A stretch of DNA of 64,000 nt from Hydrolagus affinis (taxonomy: Eukaryota). The position numbers and the translations under genes were made by a program. Positions 22,251-35,480 of this stretch are shown piece by piece. The stretch spans positions 1 to 64,000 of the forward strand of contig JAAILG010000800.1 in assembly GCA_012026655.1 (NCBI GenBank). The letters are read 5' to 3'. Position 1 is the first letter of the stretch. The number at the start of each line of letters is the position of its first letter. The notes below the pieces were generated by a model. It ran no database searches and was not told the origin of the DNA. It saw nothing but the letters and a program-made list of their open reading frames with translations.

Positions 22251-25200
22251 GATATTTAATTAAAATCAGAATTGAGAGAGATGTCAACAAGATAAGTTTC
22301 ATCTCTGACTGCAAAATAAACGCTGTGTTATTGTAAAATTAGTATTGCTCCCACCAGAACCTGCAAGATCTCCAGTTGATTTTATTAGCAGTTTCATTTC
22401 CTGGCAACAAGCTCAAATGCAGAGTTAAAGGCAAAATAAAGCAAAGGAACGTTACAGGAGGGAAACAAAGATATAAGTCCACAGCGCCACAAATTCTCAC
22501 TTAACCAATACAAAGATAGGTATTTGTGAGATATGTCCACATACCAAAACTTGGCTTCCCTTTGATTAAATCTACAGGGGCAAACATTTTTTGTTAAGAA
22601 TTAAAATCAGATCAGAACAAGCAATTACACTGTAAACATGGGTGAGTGAGAAGCAGCACTGTGTGGTTTAGCTTTGCGATAACAGGTGACAGATATGTGA
22701 AAAGGTATGTCTGGCTGAATAAATGATGTATGGTACAGCATAATAAAAATGTCATAACTGAAGCATTGTTTCAGATTATTTTATCACCTATCCTGCTCTA
22801 AATCGCTCTGTCAGACAAATGCAGTTTCACACTCTAAATGCCAGGTTAAAGTGATGCAATTAATTCTTAGGAAGGATACCTGTCCAAAATGATGAAAGTT
22901 AAAAGGCAGTGCAATTTTCCTGAATTAAAACTTCTCAACCCATGTTCATGCCCGATAACGTGGCTTACCTGGCACTTCTCAGTAGAGCACATATTAAAAT
23001 ATTCCCAGTTTCCTTTCATGCCATAACACAGTCTGGGACATTATATCTATCCACATGTGCAGTGGTTTTGTGGTAATGCTTCTCTCTACTGCCAAGCTCA
23101 CAAAGGCCGGACTGAAATGTTTGCACATTTGGGTTAACTATTTAAAGTTATGGTATTGAATTGAAAATCTCTTATATAATGGTACACAAAACAATTTTTT
23201 GTTACCATTTCCAAATCTGTTAAGTCTGATTTTTCCTAAATCTCAAGAACACATCTTATCCCTAACTGGCAGTGAATTAAATTGTTTTGACACACAGACA
23301 CACATCTGTCGATGTTTGTGCATAAATTCCATGCATTGAGAATGAAAGAATAGGGAGCTAAAATGTGCAGAATAATATCATACCAAGTTATTAAGTTTTT
23401 TATTTGAACTACTGTAAAGTTTAGCAGAGGTAGAACAGATAAAAACGGATCAAAAAGAGGCATTCATTTGTGCTATCAAGCACAAAGTGTCATGGGTTCA
23501 CAGCTGGGGGAGCGGGGTAAATGAGGAAAGCAGAGCAAAACAAGACACAGTCCCCAAATGAACAAAATCAAAAGATTTTAGAAATGGCAAATTAGCTAAA
23601 CTGCATAAAAATACTCTTGTGCTCTGAGTGTGGCTCAGAAACTTGCCAGGCTTGCAGAAGCATTAAAAAAACAATCACAAAGCAGCATTAAAAATCCTTT
23701 ATTCACACATTTCAGCTACTTCAAATGATATTTAGAGCAGAACTGTGGACAAATAGAGTGGTATTGTTCTTGTGTACATGTCGAGAAATAGGCAAAGAAA
23801 AGATTGCTTATGTGAGTAGAAATGAAAATGGTTCTGGTGGTGGCTTAGTTTTTTATCCTTTCACAGCGCTGTCACTTTTCAAGCCAAAAGCACCCTTCAG
23901 GAACAGGACTTATGTCAGTATTGACTTAGATATATGTTGGTGTATTGTAGGAATTACCTGGCAACAAACTTTGAGATCTAAATTTCCTGTACCAACTAAG
24001 AATTCCTCTCCCCACTTGCCACGTTTGCACTCATTCTACTGCTTGGTGGCATTTCTATATCTATGAAGATTCCCATATTTGGCAGCAAGCGTGCCTTGGA
24101 TAAAGAATGACGCTAGAAAACCTGCAAACCCATTAATCTACGGGGACATTTTCCAACCCATTTCATTAAAAAGGTTCATCCAGCGAACACTATGAGGAGT
24201 TTCAAGGCACTTAAAAACTACTGACTCCCAAGGCAGAGATTTTCCAAGAATCTTGAAGACAATTTTACTTGTAACTGTCAGCATTTTTTAGATCCTTTTG
24301 ACATTCCTGAACTTTGCACTGCCACTGAAATGACTTTCTAATTATACATCCCTTGACATGTCCTCCCTGCACATCTACATTCTGGAACCGTAGAACACTA
24401 CTTCAAAAAGCAAGGAGGAAAGTGAAAAATAACAAAAACAGTCAACACAGAAGCTTAGGCAGTGAAAATAAAGCTGTAAAAAAAAAGGCAAGGAAATATT
24501 TCTTTATGAAAGAAGATATTTGTTTCAGCTCAGAAACAAGGAGGGAAAATTATTTTAAAAACCCAGCATCATACCTTGAGATATTTCTATCATAAAAATA
24601 CAAAATCTTAGTTAAGTGTTTTCTTATGCTCGTGCTTTAAAGGGAAATTAACTCAAATGCAGGAAAAAATCTTGTGGTCCAGAGCAAACATATAATCCAA
24701 GACATAGTTCTCATCCCTTTCAATGCCATCCATCAACTGTTCTGCTTTGAAATTTATGATATTGTCACATTTACACATAGGAGGTATGCATGAAAATACA
24801 ACTTCATGAACGTACCGTAATTTAAATACCTAATACGTATTGAAGCTTGGTTGAGTAATTGAAGTGAAAAGATCTCACTACACTCCAGCTTCTAGCTATT
24901 TTCAAGGTTTGCTTGCATGTTACTTTCACTTAACGCAACAAACAATCTGCTTCTGATGAACTTTATTATTTTCTTCCATTTTCGTCCATCTGATTCATAG
25001 AATTCAATACAGATGTGTAACTGATTTATTGCTGAACAAGGAGAGGGTAGTACAGAGGCTTCTGCTACTTAGATGGAATTATTTTTTACAAAGCCAAAAT
25101 GAGTCATATGATGGAGAAAAGGTCAAAACACTTGAGGTAGCGCTCATGAAATGTTCGAGCCACATGTTTCAACTCAGGTTGTGTGTCCAAACCCCAGCAA

Positions 25201-26517
25201 AGTTTTTAATCATTGTTAAAAATTGCAGGTTTAAAAGATTTGTCTGACTACCCTTCGGTAAGTAGATTTGTTTTACCTTGTACAATGCAGAATCCTAGGC
25301 AGCTATGTTAATCCTAAGCTTTTTGGCAGCAAAATGTGGCAGCAATTGTTTCAGTTATTAGAACTGTAGTGAGACAGATACCTTGGAAGATCTGTAATGC
25401 AAACGTCTCTGTGCATGCCTTCGGGTTTAGCATCTGTGGTATAAAGCTTTAAGCTCCACTTCAGGAGCCTGGGATACCATTTATAATTCACGTCTCTTGG
25501 GTGAATTCAACCAAATGCTTTTTGCATTTAAAGCATCAACACAACTTACATTCTCACGAGGAAAGGGATATTTCTACACACTGCTAGCTCTGCTTCCGTT
25601 TCCTCCCACATTCTTTGTGTACAGATGGACCATTCATCCCCCTAGCCTTTCAGCTGCCACACCTGGCAGAGGGGAACATGTAGCTCAGCACGGATGACTT
25701 TTTCTTCTAACTGGTATGGTTTCTCCCACCACTGGATGATTAGCTGGATCTACATCAAGCAAATATTGCATGACAAACATCAGCCTGATTTATTTAAATC
25801 ACCAGGAACCCTAATCTTTTCAGGACATCTCTGCACTTACATCAATTAGTCCCATGTCTCTGATTAAACCACATCATGCTAAAAATAATCAAAAAGTTAT
25901 CAAAAAAATAAAAACTTTTGTCCTTGATTCTGGAGCCAGTTCAATAACAAACAAATACACAAACATTCTCTGAGTATGAATTTTGCATTGTATACTAGTG
26001 ACGGCAAGGACAATGCTTCAGGCAGTGTGTCAAGATAATCGTATTTTGAGATTTGGGATGTCTGAATTGCTCAGTACTTCAATTTGCTTTGGAGAGACTT
26101 TACCAAAACTCAAAGGTTGGCATCTGTATGAGTATGAATTCCTCTAGAGAAATTCTGATTTATTTACAACCAGAGTTATAAAAGTTCCTCAAGCAGGATC
26201 AGTCAGCAATTTATGCTTCAAAGTAATTTTGATATTGCAAAGGCAAGAATATTCAAACTTCCTCTACTCCAACTTTATTCACATCCTATAGCTTCTAAAT
26301 GTCCATCTGACTAGATTGTATCTAGGCTTTGAAATATCCTGTCAATGGAATAACTTGCTCCAGAGAAGAATTTATAATATGAATTGAATGCAGCTTGGCA
26401 GTGGCTTTGGAACCTTGCCTGCAGGGAAGTTTTGCTATAGAGAAAATGTGAAGAAAGACCAATTTTGATGCACAGTTTATCTGCAAAGTTTTTTTTCTCA
26501 AACTCTAAATTTATAAA

Positions 26518-27483
26518 CTCTCCCTCATTATACGCAGATGACACCCAAAATCTATTTCTCCACTTCACTTTGCGACCCCCAGTCCCCTGATGTTCTGTCA
26601 GCCTGCCTGTCAGACATCAGGAGCTGGATGAGCGCAAATTTCTTGCAGCTGAATGTTGATAAGACGGAGGCCATACTCTTTGGCTCTCGTCAACGTCTCC
26701 ATTCACATGGCTCTCACCTCCTCCACCTTTCCGGTCTCCCCCTGAAACTCTCCGAACCTGTGCACAACCTTGGCATCAGGTTTGACCCCCAACTATCCTT
26801 CCTCCTCCACATCTGGTCCCTCACCAGCATCGCCTTCTTCCACCTCCAACGGATTGCCCGTCTCCGGCAGTACCTCACCCCAAAAGCCGCTGAAACCCTG
26901 GTCCACGCCTTCCTCACCTCACGGCTGGACTATTCAAATGCCCTCCTCGCCGGTCTCCCCTCCACCACAAACCATAAAATCCAACTCATCCAAAACTCTG
27001 CCACCCGCATACTCACCTGCACCAAACTTCGCTCCCCCATTACCCCAGTCCTTGCCAGACTTCACTGGCTCCCTATCCCCAAGAGGATCGACTTCAAGAT
27101 CCTCACCCTTGTTTTCAAATCCCTCCACTCCTCTGCACCCCACTATCTCTCTGACCTCCTCACTCCTCAAACCAGCTCCCATTGCCTTCACTCCACCGGG
27201 TCTGGCTTCCTCCATGTCCCCCGAATCCTCCGCTCCACCCTCAGCGGCCGGGTCTTCAGCCATTATGACCCGAGGCTCTGGAATTCCCTGCCTCACTACC
27301 TTCGTCTTGCCCCCTCTTTTCTCAGTTTCAGGTCCCAGCTGAAGACCTTTCTCTTCGACCGCACCTTTGGTCACCTTTCTACCCCTGCCCCTGGCTCGGT
27401 CCTGGGATCCGCTATTGTGAAGCGCTCTGAGATGCCGTCCGGCGTGGAGGGCGCTTTATAAATCAAGGTTGTTGTTGTTGTTA
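26518..27483 (+). mobile_element. 5'-truncated L2-clade LINE: RT C-terminus with (GTT)n tail
   Basis: YADDTQ (1-nt frameshift before IY), WMSANFLQLNVDKTE, LVHAFLTSRLDYSNALLAG, LHWLPI..RIDFKIL, PRLWNSLP; C-rich; ends in (GTT)n. Confidence 0.95.
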
Positions 27484-27699
27484 TTTTATTAGGTAATTGC
27501 ATCTTCTATGCAGCAATAATTGCTCTATTTTCACTTCAAGTTAAAAACTAACTCTTCATGTTTCCCTTTTCCCCACCCCATACTCATTTTCTAACTAAAA
27601 CGTGAGACATAATATGATAGATTTGCCCTCCATTCCCCTGTTTGCTCTCACCAACATAACCTCATATTACAACACTGCAAGATAGGGCCTGGAAACAGT

Positions 27700-27880
27700 T
27701 ATAATAATACTAATCCTTTCATTTTATATAAAATCTTATCATGTCTTTGAGATGACTTAAAGCACTCCCACCACCTGAGAAGCTAATCGATTGTATATTT
27801 TGTAGGTGAAACGCGACAGCCAATTGCGCACAACAATGTCCCACAAATAGTCATGGACTGAGTGACTAAATTATTATTAG
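27700..27880 (-). mobile_element. 5'-truncated Deu-type SINE
   Basis: (AAT)n...AAACGCGACAGCCAATTGCGCACAACAATGTCCCACAAA on the plus strand. Confidence 0.8.
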
Positions 27881-29080
27881 TCATAACATAATCATATATC
27901 AGTTGGAGAGAGAAATAAAATACAGGTACATTACTAATTGTTTTTAGATATTATTTGAGAAAGACAGGAGCTGTGTAATCAGTTTATATATTATGCACTT
28001 CAGGCATTCATTTGAGTTTTTTTTAGACTTTCCATAGAAGTGATTTTGGATAATAAATCAAAGAATAAATTCACTTTATACATCTTTTATAACTGTACTG
28101 TAGTGTCTGAATGTATTTCTGCGGCACAACAAATGTTGCATTATGTAAACTGTATGATAATTATTTAAATATAACAGAACACTGAACACTGTCGGGAGTT
28201 TATTTTGGGATGCACTCAGAGGCAAATTGGGTTACAAATATGTGCAAACTGCCGACCTATACAAATCCTTTCCATCTTATTGCTCCTGCATTATACATCA
28301 CAAAGTGAAAACAACACCTGTAAACTCTGAATATTCTGTGATCTAATAAAATATATCCTTAGGCCTTAATAGTTGTTCAATGCACCTTGATGTTGTAATT
28401 TAAGTATCTGTAATTTGTGAATGGAATAGTGGCATAGGTATAAAACTTTGTGTACAAGATGCCTCGTGTCAGCTCTAAACCCTAAGAATTTTTGTTCAAG
28501 TTAAATGCAGTGAAGCCAAACAGACTGAAACTGTCCCTTTTATTTGATTGGGTGGATTAATTAACTTTGATGCCCCAAAACTATTTGTTTTCTCAGATAA
28601 CAAAGCTTTTCTATATATGGCCTTTAACCTTCTATTGTGATGATTCACATTCAGAGTTCTCCTCTTTGTATCTATGCTTTGTTATGTCACACCATTCCAC
28701 ACAAAATCAAGAGAAAGGTATTCACTATGTGTAAGAGAGTGGTGAAGGGTGTAGTAAACACATTAGAATGTAGGTATACAATTGGTGGTCAAGTCATGTT
28801 CCCAATCACATGAATTTTCCAAACAGAGCTACGGTCAATTCCCAGTTATCCGATGACATTAATTTATTCAGCTGCCGCTTTTCAAAGGAGGGTATTTAGG
28901 TCATTCCTAAAGTGAAAGCCCAGGTTTCAAAAAGGATCTTTTGTAATGTTAAGAATGAACCCCAAGAATGCACCCGTAGACTGCCTTAATGGATTCAGGA
29001 CACATTACTTCAGTTTAAGGTGTATTATCATACAAAGTTGATAAAACAGCTAAACTCCATCTAAAATTTCCAATCAGGAA

Positions 29081-29640
29081 TCTCATTCAATGTTTTGTTA
29101 CAATCTTAACAACATAATTCCTCGATTTGATCAAACATTATCACTCAAGGTATTTACTGAGCAATGCTAGTCTTAGAATTTACATTTCTAGGAATGTAAG
29201 ATTGTACCATTGACAGATAGAATTTCCTATAATCCTATTATGAAGCAATAAAAACATCAATAGAGTTCAGAGTCTATGAAATTATATTTATCACTTTTAT
29301 TATTCTGCAAACTAAATGATGGTACTAAATGCACAGTTGTGATTCCGTTTCAAAAGGAATTCGACCAGTCATGAAAGGAATTTTCATAACAAGTTTGACA
29401 TAAATCAAATAAAGAAACTGAAGAAATGCTAAGAATGAATGCAGGAACGAGCACCTGGAAAACATAAGTCCCCCATTTCTATGTTGGGAATTAAGATTAA
29501 GAGTGTAATTTCGGAGAAGTTGTCTTACATAATGCCGACAGTAAACAGATCCTGGGCTTTTGGTGCAGCTTGATCAGCAGGCCTTGTTTGCTGTTTTTGA
29601 AATCTGAGGTCTAGAGTTCAAATATCTAAGGAACTCAGAA
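29081..29640. repeat. Local direct duplication, copy 1
   Basis: Colinear blocks shared with 31631-32310, e.g. CAATCTTAACARCATAATTCC, CAGTAAACAGATCCT, TCTGAGGTCTAGAGTTCAAATATCTAA. Confidence 0.9.
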
Positions 29641-31630
29641 AACGCAAGATGCAGATTCATGTTGAAACATTTACTCCTTTGATAAGTTAAACAAACTGTG
29701 ATCTAGATGTCAAAGGTTAAATAATTTCAATCTAACAGCATAATCCAATAATTATTTATCTTTCTCTTCTCTTTTATAGGTCCCTCCACATCATTCTACT
29801 TATTCCCTAACTAAGGAAGCAGTTGTATGACTTCTCTAAGGCTATTAGATTCAAATAATACACATGAGCAGCTCTTAAATGCAAAGGTCTCAACTGCTTG
29901 AAAGACCAAATGGGAGGTGTTTTTTTTTGGTCAGATGGACACAGACACCCATCAACATGCTTGTGATCTTCCAAACCAAACGACTGAGAGTTGAACAAGT
30001 CTTCACAAATTCTGCAATTTCTCAGTGTTACAATTCCTTCAAAATTGATAATCCATTGATAATAAAAATGTTAAAGATACACCTTCTCTCTCATTAAAGA
30101 TGACTACATGCTTGTGCATAGAAACCTTGTAAAGTAGAGAAATTACAATAGACAAGGTAACACTGATTCATTCACCTACACTATCAAGGTCACTAATGCT
30201 TCCAAACGAAATTTCCCGAGACCCCAAAATTAGTTAGGGGTGACAAAGTCCCTTTGACTCATTTTATCTCATCCAGAACATCCACCCTACTGTCTTCACA
30301 TTAGAGGATCAAGCTGTTTTAAAATGAGCCCAGTGTCCTGGCCTGAATCACCTTTCCTAATAACCGATCTTATGTTTATTTTCTATAATTCTATTGTTTT
30401 TTTCAATCAATAACACATTATAATTTATTGGGTATAGACAGAAGCAGGAATAAAACAAGAGACAGCCCACAATAACATGCATTGCATATTTGTTCTCATT
30501 CTTTATTGGCCAAGGCATCCAAATCTGTAACTGTTTATCACCGTGTTTTGTATTTTACTTATGGCAACGGTCCAGTAATTGGGATAACACGGGGTACATT
30601 TTCTGGTTGAGTGTACTTGCAAATGTCATTTTCAGTAATGACTTGATCTGACTCTGGGACCATCTCAAAAGAATGTACCAGTGCAGAAAACATCAGGAAT
30701 CCTATTAACATACTCAGGCAAATGTTGAATTAAAAATTTAGATGTATGCCCAACATATGATGGATGGAATCCAGATTGCCATCAACCTTGAACATTTTTC
30801 TTAATCTCTGCTGAAACAGAAAGTACCCCAAATCTCTCCTATTGCACAACTCCCTCCAATCTGTTTCCAAGAATTGTAGGATCCAAGTTTGGAGATGCAT
30901 CTTGTTGATATGTACTTTTGAAGAATTACTGTACTTTGAAGAATTCAAAGTACAATAGTTTAAAAATCAATGTAAAGTAATAATCTCTTTGGAGTTATCA
31001 GGTATATCAATATCATAGGCTAGCAAAGGGTTGTCTGAAAGCTTATCTGATATGTTTTCCTAGAACAAATTGTTTATCAAATTGGTTTGAAAAAATGTTT
31101 AATCCAAATTGTGCAATCATTGCAGTCTGAAACAGCAATGAAGTTAAGGTTTGTTCCAACATTGGTTCTGCTTTCTTAGCTGATCAGTTAGAAAAAAGTG
31201 AATTACACAATAAAACATTTGTCAGTTTGTCTAAAATCTTTTCCCCAAATAAACTGCATGTTGAAGAAGTCCATTTTATCCACACTGCAACCATTGCAGC
31301 CTAAATTGGTGTGGAAGTGGTAAAATGCATTGCTATATAATGCTTATATAATGCTGTTAATGCTTTCTGAATTGATATTTTGGGGGATTGGGAACAAAAA
31401 TGGTGCTCAAATAATAGATCTAAATGTAAGATAAAACAGCTGTTCCATTAAAGGAAAGAATGAGGAGAGTGAGAAAGGCTGATGGGAATTGAAAATGGAC
31501 AAATGTGGATCAATAAATATTCTGAAACTTATTATACATAGCTTTAACGAACAGGGAATATCTATGCAGAACATTGGTCCTGGGTTGAAAGTAGATGGAG
31601 TGTTGTTCTGAGGCTTATTTTATTGAACAA

Positions 31631-32310
31631 TTCTCATGCAATGTTTTTTTTCAATCTTAACAGCATAATTCCTTGATTTGATCAAAATAGTAACATTGCT
31701 GGGCTAGCAATTTACATTTCTAACATAAAACTGCATCCCTGACAGATCGAATTTCCCATAACCCTGTTATAAAGCTACAAAAACATCAAACCACTACATC
31801 AGTAGAGTTCAAGACTAGGAAACTATATCAGTTTTATTTTACAGACAATGCTATAGTGTAACTATTACTATTGCTGAAGATTTCATCAGAAATTGATCAC
31901 AGTTAATTATTTCTTATTAGTTACATAGACATCATCAATTTTCACCACTTTGAAAACCCAGTGCATGAACTTTGGAGCTGAAATTGTGCGGAACACTTAT
32001 CTCTGCATGAAGATCATGAACTCGATCAGTCACAAATGGAATCACCATAACAAGCTTGACTTAAATCAAATGAAGAAACTGAAGGAATGCTGGGAATTAA
32101 TGCAGGAACTGGCACCTGGAAACTATAAGTCCCCTATTTCTATAGCGTATTGGGAATTTAGAGGGTGACATTCCAGAGAAGAGTGTCAATTATAAATTGT
32201 CCTACATAATGCCAACAGTAAACAGATCCTAGACTATGGGTGCAGATGTATCAGCAGGGCTTGTTTGCTATTTTTGACCTCTGAGGTCTAGAGTTCAAAT
32301 ATCTAAAGTA
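31631..32310. repeat. Local direct duplication, copy 2
   Basis: Same blocks in the same order as 29081-29640, with indels. Confidence 0.9.
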
Positions 32311-32806
32311 AGGGGCTGATCATGTTAAAATAATCCTTCAGGAGCTCAGCCAAGAAAAACAGAAAATATGCGACTGAAAATAATCTGCTTTAATCTTTCT
32401 TCTTGTTAGATGTTTTGCATAGCTTGAGAGACAAATTTTCGTGAAAAGGACTTGTCAGAAAGTTTGGTTTGCACAACACTCAGATGTTGCAGTGTTGATA
32501 ATATCGTCCTGCTGTCATTACAGGTACTCAAAGAATAGTTTGACAGAAACAAAATGTACAAGTCAAAGGCAGTCATGGTGTTGAAAATAGGCCATTAATA
32601 GTTGTGAATGTGTAAGTTTCACTCACCTTTCAATGTGTAGAGTAGACATTTAACATAGCTTTAAAAATTTATAGTCTAAGACTCAGCATTAGGTAGACAT
32701 TGTCTTCCGCCATGTTTAATATTATTGAGTTATCCAAGCAATAGTAACAGAGTAGATTATTTCATCAGTTTATCAGCATTACTCATTTCATCTCCCTTCA
32801 ACATAA

Positions 32807-33110
32807 CCTGCAGCTCAATGGTTAGAGCACTCACCTTAAAAGCGAGATACCCGGGTTCAATTCCAGCCAGGGCGAAACCTTGGGCAAGTTTCCTTACTTG
32901 ACATGCCTAATAATAATCCCACCAAAAAAACAATAGTAAATTAGTCATTTCAATCCACAACTGTTTATGGGACACTCCTGTGCACAGTTGGCTGCTGCGT
33001 TTAGCCCACATATATACAGTCAACCCACTTTACAGTATATTCTGTGAAGCACTTCGAGACATCTAGAAGACATGAAAAGCGCGATATCAAATGCAAGGAT
33101 TATTATTATT
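32807..33110 (+). mobile_element. Near full-length tRNA-derived Deu-type SINE
   Basis: CAGCTCAATGGTTAGAGC...GGTTCAATTCC; core TGTGCACAGTTGGCTGCTGCGTTT; (ATT)n tail. Confidence 0.9.
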
Positions 33111-35170
33111 AATCTGTCAGGTTATGAGATTTTGTTCTGACAAATTGAGAACCCAAATTGATATGAAAGAAATGTATTCATTCCATGCACAGAACAGGAC
33201 AGGTTTAGCTAAGGAAAGCATTCATTTGATCTCATTCTTCCAGATATCCCCATGGCTCCTGTATTACGTCCAGCACATCCCGTATCATTCTGAGTTTACA
33301 TTCCCTTATTTGGCATCTTATATACTCTAGATATATGTGCCTTTTTAAAACTTCTTCGCTCCCTCACTATTCTGTTATTCTGTATTTGGTTTATTTAAAA
33401 ATATGCAGTTTTCCATAACCCTGAGGACAAGAACTCTTTCATTTTCAATGTTTTTACCATTACTCTGTAGCATTTCACAGAATGGCAGACTCTCCTGTTG
33501 AGCCCCAGGGAACTCTACAAAACAAATTTGTGTTTGAACTGAAACTTGCCAAATCAAGCCTCTGTTTGACAGTCATAACTGACCAAATTATGAATACCAA
33601 ACTTCTGCCAATTAAAACCTCAGGGCAAGGTTTCACGCTCATGCCAGGATAAACTGACAGCTAATCCGCAAACAAATTTCCAGTTCACTCTCATTCTTAA
33701 CACCTCGTCCAAGAAAGCAAATACAAAAAGAACTACTTGTGCAAGTATATACTGTGTGCATTTATAGAAAAAAAAACCTTGTAGGGCTGTTCGCTAAGAG
33801 CCACCACCAGCCCAAAATGGGACAACTCCATTTAGATTTATGAACTGAGTTTCATCATGGTAGTGGGTCTCCACATAAGCAAGGTATTCCATGAAATCTC
33901 AAGTGGTATCACTTCTTGGTTCACTGTGTGGTGAAACTTATGCTAGAAATCTGGTTCCAATAAGAAAGCACAATGCCTACCGCTTTGCGAATGTAATAAG
34001 TAATTCCCAGTTGCTGAGCTCATGATAATATAATTAGCGCCTAGCAAGAGAGAAATAATGGAAGTCATAAATTCCACTGTCAATCACCTCAGGCCAACAA
34101 GCCCACTTGTATATTCTGCAGTTTTGAGATGTACTTTTTAAGTTGTCTCCTATAAGTCTGTGTTTAATCATAGTTCTAAAGAAACCTGAAATCTGGGCCG
34201 TCTTACAAACCATATTCATGCTGAAGCAGCACATTATGTATCTCTGTCAGTATGTTTCTTAGCTCTTTATCCCACATGTACTGATTGTTTTTCCTTTTAT
34301 AACCGGATGTAATTCTCAAATATTTGTCCCATCTTTACAAAATTATTTACCAGGTTGATTTTCCTATATTTACTTAATGTAGTTTTGAATAACTGTTTTA
34401 GATTTTCTGAATGGATTTTTAAAAAATATATACATATAGTTGGCATTATGGAATGCCAGGGTTTATGCATGAATAAGCTAAATAAACTAGAACAACTGAT
34501 TCGATCAGTATTCCTTCAGAAACATTCATTTCCCCATGGACACTGGCTTGGTTCCCATCCTGAACCATGTTACCTTAATCTCAAAATATCTGGTAGAAAG
34601 CCAACCCATTGTCAGTCATTGGTTCATGTTGTCTCCTTACAGTCTCCTTCCTCTCTTTTTTAAATGCTCTCCCACGCTAAGCTATACACCATTCTGCATA
34701 AAATGTCCCTTGCACAAAAAAATCCTATCTCATATATACACCAACAGTAAACAGGATCTCTGACGCTACCAATTACTAGTATGCACATAGAGTCCATGCA
34801 GTAATTACATGTGAGGAGATGGGTTATGGAAAAGATTACCCGGGCAGGTTTTACATTATTGATGCTCCTAGAATGCATCCATGCTAGACAACTATCAACC
34901 CTTGCTCCTATTCTGGAACTCGTCAATGATGACCCCATCACTAACGTTAACTGATTTGCCAGTTTTTGATTTTTATAGCAGATCTGGCTACTTTCCAGAA
35001 GATGACTGAATGTTATAAACAAAGGAAAAAAATTATGCAAAATGAGGAGATAAATACAAAACATTCTTAGCATATGGAAGAAATTGCTATTTTCTGTTCC
35101 AATTACATGAGAGAAGAAACACTCTTCATGAGATCCATCTCCCACACATTAATGTATTCCTATATGACTA

Positions 35171-35480
35171 TAAATAATAATAATAATCCCTACATTTGAT
35201 ATAGTGCTTTTCGCGTCTTCCAGATGTTTAAAAGTGCATCACAGAATATACCGTAAAGTGAATTGACTGGGTATTTGTGGGTAAAACACGGCAGCCAATT
35301 GTGCACAGTAGAGTCCCACAATAGTTGTGGTTTATTTGAAGTGAACAATTTTTTTTCTTGAGGGATTATTATCAGGCTTGTGGAGTAAGGAAACTTGGCC
35401 AAGGTTTCACCCTGCTGGGAAACAAACCCAAGTCTCTCGCCTGCAAGGTGAGTGCTCTAACCACTGAGCTACAGTACTCC
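35171..35480 (-). mobile_element. Full-length tRNA-derived Deu-type SINE
   Basis: Minus head GGAGTACTGTAGCTCAGTGGTTAGAGC; same body and tail as the family. Confidence 0.9.

Noticed and set aside
26770-27374. 190-aa Ser/Pro-rich (+) and 146-aa Gly/Glu-rich (-) ORFs
   Set aside because: Alternative frames of the C-rich L2 sequence
31950-32168. 72-aa ORF inside duplication copy 2
   Set aside because: Copy 1 has in-frame stops in the aligned frame; no recognisable domain
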